Positions 1 to 10,157 of a stretch of DNA of 64,000 nt are shown piece by piece. The stretch covers positions 165,906 to 229,905 of the forward strand of contig CAWHWQ010000008.1 of NCBI GenBank assembly GCA_963833095.1, given 5' to 3'. The first letter of the stretch is position 1. Each line of letters opens with the position of its first letter. The translations under genes were made by a program, and so were the position numbers. The DNA is from Vulcanimicrobiota bacterium (GTDB lineage Bacteria; Vulcanimicrobiota; Vulcanimicrobiia; Vulcanimicrobiales; Vulcanimicrobiaceae). Under the pieces are notes generated by a model. It had not been told where the DNA came from and searched no databases. It worked only from the letters and a program-made list of their open reading frames with translations.

Positions 1-1519
1 GAACGCGCGCGCGCAGCACGAAGCGGCGCTGGCTGTACGGATCGATCGTCCCGATCTCCGCGGTGTCGCCGTCGAGCGAGACACGCGACGACTTTTCGAA
101 GAGGCGTACTTCATCCAGAGCCGGATCGATGCGCAGGTGCAGCACCATGTCGGTTGCGCTGGTGCTGCCTTCGTTGGCGACGGTGATGGTCGCTTCGATC
201 TCTTCACCCGGCTTGACCACCTCGCCGTGCATGCGAGCGATCGCGTTGCGTCGCGAGGGCAGCGACGGTTCGGAGTGGATGGCAACCGTGCGCTCGAAGC
301 GGCGCTGTGAATCGTCGCCGCGCGCCGGCTCCCACGCAATTGTCGCGGCAATTTCGATGCTCGAACCATCGGCGAGCGGCGAGATAACGATCGCTTCGCA
401 AAGGAGATCCACGCGCTCTTCTGCATCAATGCGGCCCAAATCGAAGGTCAGCGTCTCGCGTTTCTTCGCTTCGTTAATTGGGCGTCCGTCGATCAGCGTC
501 GCGCCGCGCACCAGTACCAGCGTATCGGGCAGCTCGAGCGATGCGGTGACGTTCTCGGCGGCGGCAGAACCGGCGTTGAACGCGCACAGCGTCATCGTGA
601 TGCGCTGCCCCGGACGCACGTCGTAGCGACGGCTCGACCGAAAACGTCGTGCGGTCGTCGTCAAAATCCGGCGTGGACCGGACCACCATCGAGGCCGGCT
701 CGAGTGCGAACGCCGCGGTCTCTTGCGAGGCGATATGGGCGTGCGCGACGATGGCCGTGCCGTCGTGCAGCGGCGACGCGATCTGCACCCGGTAGACCAG
801 GGTCGAGCTGGCGCTCGCGGCCAGGTGGGGGTGACGATCGGCGCGTGAATCCGGTCGAAGGGACTGCCCAAGATCGCGTTCGATTTCGCGCCCGTTGACG
901 CGAGCCGAGCTGGGGACGTAGCGCGTGTGCTCCGGAATCGGCGACACCACGACCACGTCGTGCGCGCTCGACTCGCCCGCGTTGTGGATGCCTAACGGTA
1001 ATCGTCGCCTCGGCCCCGGGCACCGGTTCCGAGCGGGCCTCGATCGCGATGCCGGTCAAGGTATTTTGGAGGAGCGGGCTTGCTGCGGGCAATCAGGCGG
1101 ACGATGTTCGAGCCGACCGGCGGCACTTCAAAGGAAGCGACGGCGGCCTGCAGCTCGATCATCGTGCCGTTCTCGATCGCGCCGGCCACACTATAGGAAA
1201 TTTCGATGCGCCGCTCTTCGCCCGAATCGATATCGCCGATGTGGGCTCCGCTGCGTGAAAGAAGCGGCGAGTTGCCTTGCTCGTCGTCGAGGCTTGCGCT
1301 ATCGAGCTGCCCGGTACCGACCAAGTAGACCAGGCCGTCGGGAAGGTTGAAGCGCACACGCACGCCGGTCGCCGGTGCGCCGCCTTGATTGCGGAACGTG
1401 AAGGTCGCGCGTACCGTCATCCCAGGTTCCAACTCGCGGTCGGGCGAAACGACGAGCGTCCGGAGTCCTTCCGGCAATGTCGGTGCTCCCGGCGCAAAAA
1501 CTTCAGATAAGGTGCGCAT
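1..1519 (-). CDS. DUF11-repeat (Ig-like) protein; frameshifted, runs off the left edge
   Basis: Fragments 992..1519, 661..1092 and 474..956 join into repeated DUF11-type units (TFTFRNQGGAPATGVRVRFNLPDGLVYLVGT; PIPEHTRYVPSSARVNG; LVYRVQIASPLHDGT). Frame breaks near 1070, 960 and 625. Confidence 0.7.
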
Positions 1520-1601
1520 GACGCGGTGAACGTTCGCCGTGCGCGGGTGGCCACCTTGACGGTGATAATTCCGTTATGCTCGCCACGAAGGAAAGCCTAC
1601 G

Positions 1602-2811
1602 ATGCTTGCGTCACGAAGACGAATTGCCGCTGCCGTCGCCGCCTCGGTTCCGAGAACGCGTTCGAAGTTCTTGCAACGCGCACGCGCAGACTCGAAGCGA
1701 ACGGCCGGCGCGTGGTCCACATGGAGATCGGCGAGCCGGATTTCGATACGCCGGAGCACATCAAAAAAGCGGCGATCGAAGCGTGTTGGCGACAATCACA
1801 CGCACTATACGCCGTCGCAGGCATGCTTGAGCTGCGCGAAACGATCGCCGACTACGCCACGCCGCTTCCGCAAGCGTGACGCCGCCGTAGACCGCTGACG
1901 AACGTCGTGATCTCACCGGGCGCAAAGCCGATCATCTGGAACATCCTCTGCGCGCTTCTCGATCCGGGCGACGAGTTCGTCTACTTCGATCCCGGCGTAT
2001 CCGGCGTACGCCTCGTGCCGCGAGCTACCTGCAAGCCAACGTCACACGCCGATTCCGTTGCTCGAAGCGCGCAACTGGCGCATGGATCTCGACGAGCTCG
2101 ACGCGCGCGTGTCGGCCGAAAACGAAAGCGATGATGATCAACTCGCCGCACAATCCGACCGGCGGCGTGCTGCTCAAGAGCGATCTCGAACGCATCGCCG
2201 AGCTGGCGCAAAAGCACGACTTCATCGTGATCGCCGACGAAATCTACAGCCGCAACTTCTATTTCGATTCGGCGATTACGTCTCGATCGCCGCGCTGCCC
2301 GGCATGCAGCGAGCGCACGATCATCGTCGACGGCTTCTCGAAAGCGTACGCGATGACGGGCTGGCGCCTGGGCTACGCGATCATGCCGGAGCGATTTGGC
2401 AAAGACGGTGACGCTGTTCAACAACAACACGTTCAGCTGCGTCGCGACTTCGTGCAGCAGGCGGGCATCGCCGCGCTGACCGGACCGCGATACTGCGGTG
2501 CGTGCGCATGAACGAGATCTTCCGCCAGCGCCGCGACCGTCTGGTCAACGGCCTCAACGCGATTGCCGGGCGTGTCGTGCACGATGCCCGAAGGCGCGTT
2601 CTACGCTTTTCCCAACGTGTCGCAGATCACGAAGGACGACAAAGCGCTCGCGAGCTTCATTTTAGAGGAAGGCAGCGTCGCATGCGGCGGCGGCTCGAGC
2701 TTCGGTCCGGCCGGCGCAGGCTACTTGCGTTTTTCGTACGCGGCGTCGCTCGCAGATATCGACTACGCGCTACACCAGCTCGCGGAGTACTTACCGAAGT
2801 ACAAGGGCTAG
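1602..2811 (+). CDS. Class I/II PLP-dependent aminotransferase (aspartate aminotransferase family); apparent frameshifts
   Basis: Motifs across fragments: VVHMEIGEPDFDTPEHIK, ISPGAKPII, INSPHNPTGG, IADEIY, DGFSKAYAMTGWRLGY (PLP lysine), PEGAFYAFP, GYLRFSYA. Confidence 0.9.
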
Positions 2812-3107
2812 TGCAGCCGCTCGCCATCGCTTTGTGTCTCGCCGCAACGGCGCTCGCCGCAGCGATCGTTCGGCTCTGGGTCGGCGTCACGCTGATGACC
2901 AACTACAAGGTCGACGAGTATTTGACCACGCCGCGCGCGCGAAGGCTCTATTGGACCGGGATTGCGACGCCGTTCGTTATGGTCGGCGCCCTCATCGCGC
3001 TCGCAAGCATGACCGGAATCTGGTGGGTGACGCTGCCGCCGTGCCTGCTCGCAGCCTTTGTTGTCTGGAAGACCTCATGGGTGCTGCGCATGCGATTCAG
3101 TGGTTAA
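2811..3107 (+). CDS. Small membrane protein (about 3 TM segments)
   Basis: GTG at 2811 overlaps the aminotransferase TAG; hydrophobic segments LAIALCLAATALAAAIVRLWVG, WTGIATPFVMVGALIALA, IWWVTLPPCLLAAFVVW. Confidence 0.6.
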   Translation: MQPLAIALCLAATALAAAIVRLWVGVTLMTNYKVDEYLTTPRARRLYWTGIATPFVMVGALIALASMTGIWWVTLPPCLLAAFVVWKTSWVLRMRFSG

Positions 3108-3145
3108 TACCGCGAATTCTACCGCGACATGCAGTGGCGTTAAAG

Positions 3146-3523
3146 TCAGCGCCTCGGGTGTCGCATCGAGAGCGGGACATCGCTGTAGCCGCTGTACGGG
3201 CCGATTTCAAGCAGACGGCGGCCGCCGATTCCGGATGTGCTCCCGCAATTATACATGTACGCCAGTAAGTCGAACGCGCGATTCTTAGCGGCGACGTCCT
3301 GTTGCACGGTCATCGCGATCGGCCAATGGCGTCGCGGAATCTTTGCGACACAGTTCGTGTAGTCGGCGTACCACTCGGCGACCAGTTGCGCGTGCTTCGT
3401 TTGATTGTCTTCAAATTTATATCCAATTTTATATCCGACTTTATAGCCAACGGCGAAGCCGATCGACGTGCCCATCAGCAAACCGATTACAAGCCCAAGC
3501 ACAAGTTTCACAGCTGGGTTCAC
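3146..3523 (-). CDS. Hypothetical protein with N-terminal TM anchor
   Basis: 125-aa ORF with hydrophobic N-terminus followed by GYKVGYKIGYKF; GAGGG upstream. Confidence 0.5.
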   Translation of the reverse strand: MNPAVKLVLGLVIGLLMGTSIGFAVGYKVGYKIGYKFEDNQTKHAQLVAEWYADYTNCVAKIPRRHWPIAMTVQQDVAAKNRAFDLLAYMYNCGSTSGIGGRRLLEIGPYSGYSDVPLSMRHPRR

Positions 3524-3799
3524 TATTATCCCTCGCTAACTTAAGGGGTAAGTTCCGGGAAACGCTTGAGTGTTAACGGGCCGGTGTGGGCATAACCGCT
3601 CGCAGGCCGATAAGCAGAAAACGGCGCCGATTGAGCGCCAAAATGAGATCGCAGCCCTGCAACTCATACGCACCCTCCGCAATGAGTAGTACCTCGGGAT
3701 GTTATTCTGAGGACCCGTTCCGCAGAAATCTTTCGAAGCCTCGGCGCTCCTGCCTGCGTAGTCCTAGCGGTTCACGACTAGTCTGCCGATAAAATTCTC

Positions 3800-4846
3800 G
3801 TGATACGCCGCTTCTTGGGTCTGGCAGCGTTTGCGTTGCTCTCCCTCCCGCTCTTGAACGTAACGACGGTGACAACGGCACCGGCGATTCACGTCTTCTC
3901 TTGTCAGGTCGTCTCCAGCACCCTGTATTTCCCGGCCGATCAGGTCGGTCTTGCGGTGCGATTTCGAAACGATGCCCCGCAAGATCTTGCGTCGATCGTC
4001 TGGCGGGCACCGTACGAGCTTGGCTACGTCGATTTCACCGACGAAGGATCGTTTGCGCAGGGTCTACGCATCGACAATTTTGTGATCTTCGAAGCCGGCA
4101 AGTTGAAGGCAAACTGGGGGAACATCATCAACGATGTGGTCAACGCGCGCAGCAAGTACTATCCCGATCAGCCGTTCGTGACGGCCAACATGAATCTGCC
4201 AATATATACGGGCACGGAAGATCCGGAGAATTGCACGGTCGTGCGCACGATTGCCAAGGATGGTACTCTCTGGCTCAACCCAGCGGTCTCGCAGTCGCCA
4301 CCGCCGTTTCTGGTTCCAACGCCGCATCCAATCCGTAAGCGCGGCGAGGCCGTGCCCACGCCGGAACCGACAGCGACTCCGAGTTCTGAGGGCCCGGTTC
4401 TGCTTTACCCGTGTTTCGTCGGCGTGGATAGCACGCGCAGCTATCTCACGGTGCACTTCGCGAACCAGTCAATTAAACCGATGACCGATGTCGTGTTTCG
4501 CGCGCCCTACGGTTCCGGAACGCTGGATTTTGAAGATAGCGGTTCGTTCGCGCCGGGAATCGATATCAACCATCGCGAGCACGGCACGCAACTCGACGCG
4601 CTTCACGGGCGAGAACTCTACGCGCCGAGCACGCCGCAACAGTGCGCGGTCGTTCACGTCACATTTTCCGACGGTACCGCGTGGCAGAATCCCGCGATTA
4701 CCGGCGCGGCAATTGCACCGACGCCGATTCCGGATCAACTCGTTTTGCCGGCGCCTGCGTGGATACGTTGGACGAGCCGCCACACCTACCCGACACCGTT
4801 TCCATCACCGACGGCATCGCCCGGCGAAACACCCTCACAACGATAA
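3800..4846 (+). CDS. Secreted protein with two copies of a cysteine-bracketed beta-sandwich-like domain
   Basis: Signal peptide; internal duplication (WRAPYELGYVDFTDEGSFAQG vs FRAPYGSGTLDFEDSGSFAPG; CTVVRTIAKDGTLWLNP vs CAVVHVTFSDGTAWQNP); Pro/Thr linkers. Confidence 0.75.
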   Translation: MIRRFLGLAAFALLSLPLLNVTTVTTAPAIHVFSCQVVSSTLYFPADQVGLAVRFRNDAPQDLASIVWRAPYELGYVDFTDEGSFAQGLRIDNFVIFEAGKLKANWGNIINDVVNARSKYYPDQPFVTANMNLPIYTGTEDPENCTVVRTIAKDGTLWLNPAVSQSPPPFLVPTPHPIRKRGEAVPTPEPTATPSSEGPVLLYPCFVGVDSTRSYLTVHFANQSIKPMTDVVFRAPYGSGTLDFEDSGSFAPGIDINHREHGTQLDALHGRELYAPSTPQQCAVVHVTFSDGTAWQNPAITGAAIAPTPIPDQLVLPAPAWIRWTSRHTYPTPFPSPTASPGETPSQR

Positions 4847-4867
4847 CGCTCGGGATGACAGGGACGG

Positions 4868-6457
4868 CTACAACGATAGCCATGTTGCCGTTGCCATTGC
4901 GCCGAGCAGTTGGCCATTGGCATGCGCGATGTCTTTGTCGTCGTAGATGCTGCTCTGCCCTTGCGTGCGATTGATGTAGAAGGCAAACGCCACGTGATGA
5001 CCGCTGCGCGTGGTCATATAACCAGCCAGACCTTTGGCGGTGATGATCGCGTTGTCGTTGAGCTCGTTGGGGCCGCCGAACGTTCCCGTCTTCGCAAAGA
5101 CCTTGCCTGCCGCGGGCGAGTCGTTTTGAATGTTGAAGAGCGTGCCGTCGACGCCCATGACCGGCAAGCCGTTGTGGAAATCGTCGTACCAGGGCTGCGT
5201 GCGCACCCAGGCGAGATAGTGCACCATGAAATCCGGCGTGAAGAAAGCCGATACGCCAAGGCCGTCGGTCATCGACGCGCTGTACACGTCGAGCCCCGCA
5301 TTCTGCAACATCTTGCGTTCCAGCGCGAAGCCTTGGGCGAGTAGATCGGTGTGCGGCGACGGCGCGAGATGAATGGCCCAGGTGTACGGCCCCATGGCCG
5401 CATGAAGATTGTCGCTGAGTTTGAGCGTGATGCGCACGTCCTGCGCGAGCGGAGGCGACGTGTGCGATGCGACCAGATTCGCGGCGGTGTAACTCACTTT
5501 CGCCGTGGCCGGATCGAACGGTTCGGCATCTGCCGGAACGGTCACCGTAATCCCAGCGTCCTGCAAAACACTCGCGAACGCCATCTGCGCGAAGACGTCC
5601 GGATTTGGAACGCGATAGGCAAAGAGTATCGTCGGTCCCGCCGGGATTGCACCGTTGATGGTCACGATGTGCGAACCGTTTGGTTGGGTAACGTCGTTGC
5701 TCATGTCGATCGTCGGCTCGCCACCTGCCGCGCTCGTCGTTGCGTGGTTGACGAAGCTTACGTACGGCGTTTGCGGCGAGACGGAAATGCTTGCAGCATC
5801 GCCGGCGCGCGCGCCCGGCGCGATCGTGACGTCGACGACGTTATCGTTGAGGATCATCGGCGAAACCATCGTTCCCGTGCCGCCCTCGGGGCCCGGACTT
5901 GCAAAGAGCGATGCGTCGACCGCGACGCGACCGTGGATCGCTTTCACGCCGCTCGCCTTTACTTGCGCGGCGAGCTGACGCAGCACGATCAACGAATCGC
6001 CCGGCACCGCCTTCGTGTGCGGCAAACCGTCATACGCGTGATCTTCGTTCTCGAACGCCAACGTGCCATCGGGCTGGATGCGCTGCGAGATGTTCGGATC
6101 GCCGCTCGCGACCAAAACCACATCACCCTGCAGCGTGCCGGCCGCATCGACCGGACCGGTGCGATAGACCGGCGTCGTCCAGCGGAATCCCGGACCAAGC
6201 AACGCAAGGCTCGTGCCTTCGGTGAGCAGCTTGGTCGTCGACGCGGCCTCCATATACGTTTGCGCGTTACGCGCAAAGAGCACGCGGTGTGTGTCGAGGT
6301 CGTAGACCTCGCCCGCGACGATCGCATGGCGCAGAAGCGGTGTGGCAAGGATTTGCCTCATTGTTACAGGCGGCGTGTTGTCCACCGCAGCAACGAGGGC
6401 GCTCAAAGCAAGCAGCAGCACAAGCAATCGCTGGTTCATCTGGCGGTGGTTCTCCAA
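4868..6457 (-). CDS. dacB: D-alanyl-D-alanine carboxypeptidase/endopeptidase (peptidase S13, PBP4)
   Basis: SxxK (ASTTKL), SxN (LSDN) and KTG (AKTGT) motifs; LVASGDP; signal peptide (start may be 6439). Confidence 0.9.
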   Translation of the reverse strand: MENHRQMNQRLLVLLLALSALVAAVDNTPPVTMRQILATPLLRHAIVAGEVYDLDTHRVLFARNAQTYMEAASTTKLLTEGTSLALLGPGFRWTTPVYRTGPVDAAGTLQGDVVLVASGDPNISQRIQPDGTLAFENEDHAYDGLPHTKAVPGDSLIVLRQLAAQVKASGVKAIHGRVAVDASLFASPGPEGGTGTMVSPMILNDNVVDVTIAPGARAGDAASISVSPQTPYVSFVNHATTSAAGGEPTIDMSNDVTQPNGSHIVTINGAIPAGPTILFAYRVPNPDVFAQMAFASVLQDAGITVTVPADAEPFDPATAKVSYTAANLVASHTSPPLAQDVRITLKLSDNLHAAMGPYTWAIHLAPSPHTDLLAQGFALERKMLQNAGLDVYSASMTDGLGVSAFFTPDFMVHYLAWVRTQPWYDDFHNGLPVMGVDGTLFNIQNDSPAAGKVFAKTGTFGGPNELNDNAIITAKGLAGYMTTRSGHHVAFAFYINRTQGQSSIYDDKDIAHANGQLLGAMATATWLSL

Positions 6458-6640
6458 GCGGTTCCTCAGTCCGGCCTAATGCACGGGCCGCGAGAATAGC
6501 GATACGATTGCCAAACGTTCCCGTTGCTACGCGAAGACCCCGGCGGTTACTAGCCTGCCGGGGTCCATCGTTTTGGAGGTTTAGCCTCCGCTCGACCGCG
6601 GTATCATTTAGCGGGTACACGAAGAATGCGCCCGATAAAC

Positions 6641-6677
6641 AAGGCCCGGTGTGAGTAAGCGCCGGGCCTTTCATTTT
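6641..6677 (+). terminator. Intrinsic terminator-like hairpin
   Basis: AAGGCCCGGTG-tgagtaag-CGCCGGGCCTT followed by TCATTTT. Confidence 0.55.
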
Positions 6678-7230
6678 GGTAAGATGGCGGCAAGGAGGCG
6701 CTACTTTGACTGTCTTGCGTTGTTTTGCAGCTTTTCTTGCGCTGGCCGTCGCCGTTGCGTGCTCCGGCAATTCAGGGTTTGTCGCCGCGCGCCAGTCGAG
6801 CGCGCCCGGTGCAGGCGCTCCATCAAACTACGTCGGTACGTTTCCGATCGCGTACACGAGTCCGGCCGGAACATGCGGCACCTCGGTCCTGCCGACGGCA
6901 TTGAAGATCACCGGCACGGCGACCGGCAGCGGAGGGGCGGTGCTGCTGAGCGGGTCGATCGTCGGCGGGAGCGCGGCATTCAACGGGAGCAGTTTGCAGT
7001 CGAGTGGTGACAGCGCCGACCCGCAGTATCCGTCGGCGTTTGTCTTCGATAATTCGCTCGCGATTCTCTCTGCCGCGGGAACGTTACCGGGACCGCTGTT
7101 CCAATTAGAGATCGACGTCGCCGCCTGGAATCCGCCCGCGACCACCGGCCCGAACGTTTTGGTCTGGTTTAACTCTACGGCTTGCAGCGAATCCGACGAG
7201 TTCGCGATTCTCGGTACGCCGGCACCGTAA
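6676..7230 (+). CDS. Putative lipoprotein
   Basis: Hydrophobic signal ending LAVAVAC-SG (lipobox-like); no recognised domain; exact start uncertain. Confidence 0.6.
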   Translation: MVRWRQGGATLTVLRCFAAFLALAVAVACSGNSGFVAARQSSAPGAGAPSNYVGTFPIAYTSPAGTCGTSVLPTALKITGTATGSGGAVLLSGSIVGGSAAFNGSSLQSSGDSADPQYPSAFVFDNSLAILSAAGTLPGPLFQLEIDVAAWNPPATTGPNVLVWFNSTACSESDEFAILGTPAP

Positions 7231-7233
7231 GAC

Positions 7234-8238
7234 TTAGAGCAGACGCATCGCGCGTTTGACGTCGGCCAATACCACGGCGGCAATCTCGCGCGTGCGTGCC
7301 GTCCCTTCCTCGATGATCCGCTCGACCTGCATTGGATCGGCGCGATAGATCGTGAGGCGCTCGCGCACCGGACGCAGATACTCGTTGAGTTGTTCGGCAA
7401 AGTCGCCCTTATCCGCGACGCATCCAAGCGCGCCTGAGCGGCACTCTGCGGCGATACCGTCGACCTTGAGCGGATTGACGAATTTCCACAACGCAAAGAC
7501 CGGGCAGACTTCGGGACGGCCGGGATCGCCGCGCCGAATTTTTTGTGGATCGGTAACCATCGAGCGGACTTTTTTCGTCGTCGTTTCGTCGTCGTCGGCG
7601 ATGAGGATTGCGTTGTCGTATGATTTCGACATCTTGCGCCCGTCGGTGCCGGGCACTTCGGCAAATTCGGTCAGCGTCGGATGCGGTTCCACGAGCACCT
7701 CCGCGCCGTTGCCGTAAAGATAATTGAAGCGCCGCACGACTTCGCGCCCGAGTTCGAGGTGCGCGACTTGATCGCGACCGACCGGCACGCGTTCGCCGCG
7801 CACGATCGCCACGTCGCACAATTGTAGCAGCGGATAGCCCAAGAAGCCGGCGGTGGCAATCTGCGCGCCGAGTGCCTCGATCTGACTTTTGAACGTCGGC
7901 ACGCGCTCGAGCCACGAGATCGGCGTGATCATCGAGAGCAACGTGTACAGTTCGGAGATCTCGGGCACTGCCGATTGCAAAAAGATCGTCGACTTGTTGG
8001 GATCGACGCCGGCGGCGAGCCAGACCGCGACCATCTCGTTGCGCGCATCGCGAATCGCTTGCGGGTCTTCAAAGCCGGTCGTATACGCGTGCAAATCGGC
8101 GATTTCGAAATAGGCGTCGGCCGTATCGCAATAATTCGCCCATTGGGTCAGCACGCCCACGAGATGGCCGAGATGTAGTCCGCCGGTCGGGCGCATACCC
8201 GACATCACGCGTGGTTTAGCTTCAGTCGCGCTCGTCAT
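7234..8238 (-). CDS. trpS: Tryptophanyl-tRNA synthetase
   Basis: SGMRPTGGLHLGH (HIGH-like), YPLLQ, VPVGRDQVAH, GRKMSKS. Confidence 0.97.
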   Translation of the reverse strand: MTSATEAKPRVMSGMRPTGGLHLGHLVGVLTQWANYCDTADAYFEIADLHAYTTGFEDPQAIRDARNEMVAVWLAAGVDPNKSTIFLQSAVPEISELYTLLSMITPISWLERVPTFKSQIEALGAQIATAGFLGYPLLQLCDVAIVRGERVPVGRDQVAHLELGREVVRRFNYLYGNGAEVLVEPHPTLTEFAEVPGTDGRKMSKSYDNAILIADDDETTTKKVRSMVTDPQKIRRGDPGRPEVCPVFALWKFVNPLKVDGIAAECRSGALGCVADKGDFAEQLNEYLRPVRERLTIYRADPMQVERIIEEGTARTREIAAVVLADVKRAMRLL

Positions 8239-8244
8239 CGGCGC

Positions 8245-9003
8245 TCAATACGCCGCGCGCATGCCGTCAACTTGCACGGCGTGCGCAATTCGCTCGCGCA
8301 CGAATGCGCGCGCAAAGCGTACGGCGGCGCGCAGTTCGTCGCCTCGAGCAAGTGCAAAGGCCAGCGCCATCGCAAGCGTGCAGCCCGTGCCGCGCATCTC
8401 GCCGCTGATGCGCTGGCCCGAAAACGTCTCGACGCCGTCGCGATCGGCCAGCACGTCGGACGGTTCCCCAGCGAGGTGGCCGCCTTTGAGCAGCACCGCG
8501 CGAGCGCCGCGCGAGCGAAGTTCCACGGCGGCGTCCACGAGCTGCGCGCGGCCGATCTCGCGTCCGAGCAAGGCCACGGCTTCATCGAGATTCGGGGTCA
8601 GCACCACCTGTGGCAGAATCAGCAGCTCCGCGCCGATTGCGCCCAGCGTCCCCTCGCCGGCGAGCGCACCGCTTCCGGTCGCGGAGACGACCGGATCGAC
8701 AACCACGGGAAGCTCTCTGACGGCAAGGGCCGCGGCGACGGCATGTACCGCATCCGGCGAACCCAGGGCACCGACGCGAACCGCGCCCACGAGGTTCCAC
8801 GGGATCGCCTCGAGCTGCGCTTGCACCGTCGTCCGCGAGAGCGGTTCGAGGGCATGCACCCCGCGCGCATCCTGCGCGCTGATCGCGGCAAGTACGCTGA
8901 AGACGCGCGCGCCAAGCGCGGCGCCGATCCGCAGATCGAGCCCGACGCCCGCGACGTTCCACGGATGTGTCGTCCCGATGGTTAGGACGGTCACTTCACC
9001 CAT
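8245..9003 (-). CDS. thiD: Hydroxymethylpyrimidine/phosphomethylpyrimidine kinase (divergent N-terminus)
   Basis: VVVDPVVSATGSG, LTPNLDEA, VLLKGGH, RGTGCTLA. Start 9003 (ATG) or 8994 (GTG). Confidence 0.85.
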   Translation of the reverse strand: MGEVTVLTIGTTHPWNVAGVGLDLRIGAALGARVFSVLAAISAQDARGVHALEPLSRTTVQAQLEAIPWNLVGAVRVGALGSPDAVHAVAAALAVRELPVVVDPVVSATGSGALAGEGTLGAIGAELLILPQVVLTPNLDEAVALLGREIGRAQLVDAAVELRSRGARAVLLKGGHLAGEPSDVLADRDGVETFSGQRISGEMRGTGCTLAMALAFALARGDELRAAVRFARAFVRERIAHAVQVDGMRAAY

Positions 9004-9362
9004 CCGAGACGCTCGTATACACCGAAGCCGGCGTCGACCAACGCCGAAAGTTCCACGAGCAGCTCGCGCTCGGGGCGCACGAAATTGAAGCACGAACGGC
9101 CGTGCAAGCGCTTTTTGAGCGCATCGCTCACGCTGCCGAGCAGTTCGGGATGCGAGTAGACCGGCGAGAGATGAAAGCTCACGAAGGCGCGGCGGATCTG
9201 CACGCCGGCAAACGGCATCGCGCGTTTGAACTCGGAGACGTACTCGCCGTCGAGCATGTAAAACGTGGCGGTGTCTTGCGCCGCGTGCAGCCGCGACGCG
9301 TACGGTGCGAGCAATCCCTTGAGCACCGCAAACGTGCCGGCAAAATCACGCGCCGCCGGCAT
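8991..9362 (-). CDS. Conserved small protein, DUF1801/YdhG-like
   Basis: FAGVQIRRAFVSFHLSPVY...LKKRLHGRSCFNF pattern; overlaps thiE and thiD ends. Confidence 0.55.
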   Translation of the reverse strand: MPAARDFAGTFAVLKGLLAPYASRLHAAQDTATFYMLDGEYVSEFKRAMPFAGVQIRRAFVSFHLSPVYSHPELLGSVSDALKKRLHGRSCFNFVRPERELLVELSALVDAGFGVYERLGWVK

Positions 9363-10005
9363 TCCACCGCTCCACTAGCGCACGTGCGGCCGCACCCGGA
9401 TCCGGAGCGCTCGCAACCGCCGAGATCACCGCCGCCATGCTCACGCCGGTTGCGCGCACCGCGTCGAGCTGAGCCAGGCCAATCCCGCCGATCGCTGCCG
9501 CCGGCAACCAACTCTCGGAGGCGATGTCGCGCAATCCCTCGATGCCGATCGGTATCCCCGCGTCGTCCTTGGATGCAGTCGCGTACACCGCGCCGATCCC
9601 GACGTAGTCGACGTCCTCGACGTTCGCGTAGCGGACTTCGTCGACGTTGCCGCACGAGAGGCCGACCAGACGATCGGCGAGCGCCTTACGCACCGGTGCG
9701 ACCGCGGCGAAGCCCTCGTCGTCGGGGCCGAGGTGAACGCCGTCGCACTGATATTTGAGCGCTGCACGCCAATCGTCGTTGACAATCAATAGCGCCCCGT
9801 GCGCGAGCGTCTGCTGGCGCAGCAATTGCAAATGTCCGACGTTCACGCCGTCTTTGGCGCGATATTGCAGCACCTTCACCCCCGCCTCGAGCGCCGCGCA
9901 ACCGATCTCGAGCACGCGTGCATCTTCGTTGACGATCACATAGATGCCGCGTAGCCGCTCGGCGCGACGGGTTCGCGCTAGGAGCGCTGCTTCATCCGTC
10001 GCCAT
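9346..10005 (-). CDS. thiE: Thiamine phosphate synthase
   Basis: Real start ATG 10005 (MATDEAAL); LQYRAK, LIVNDD, DGVHLGPDD, DYVGIGAVYATASK, AIGGI, AVISAV. Confidence 0.93.
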   Translation of the reverse strand: MATDEAALLARTRRAERLRGIYVIVNEDARVLEIGCAALEAGVKVLQYRAKDGVNVGHLQLLRQQTLAHGALLIVNDDWRAALKYQCDGVHLGPDDEGFAAVAPVRKALADRLVGLSCGNVDEVRYANVEDVDYVGIGAVYATASKDDAGIPIGIEGLRDIASESWLPAAAIGGIGLAQLDAVRATGVSMAAVISAVASAPDPGAAARALVERWNAGGA

Positions 10006-10157
10006 AGCACGATATTCGCGAGGAGATAGATCGCAAAGACGACGGGGATGCCGACGGCGATAGCGGTGTTGTGACGTTGCAGCGCGATCGGCACGATCAA
10101 CACGAAACACAACACGCCGAACATCAACATCGTGATGAGGCGCGTGAACGGCATCAT
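9978..10157 (-). CDS. Small 2-TM protein (59 aa; below the ORF-track cutoff)
   Basis: Hand translation [63 protein letters not shown] overlap with the parB stop. Confidence 0.65.
   Translation of the reverse strand: MMPFTRLITMLMFGVLCFVLIVPIALQRHNTAIAVGIPVVFAIYLLANIVLWRRMKQRS

Noticed and set aside
5351..6499. Long antisense or alternate-frame ORFs (also 20890..21834, 29045..30346, 30918..32327, 45228..46802)
   Set aside because: Arg/Ala-rich shadows of well-supported genes, expected in high-GC DNA.
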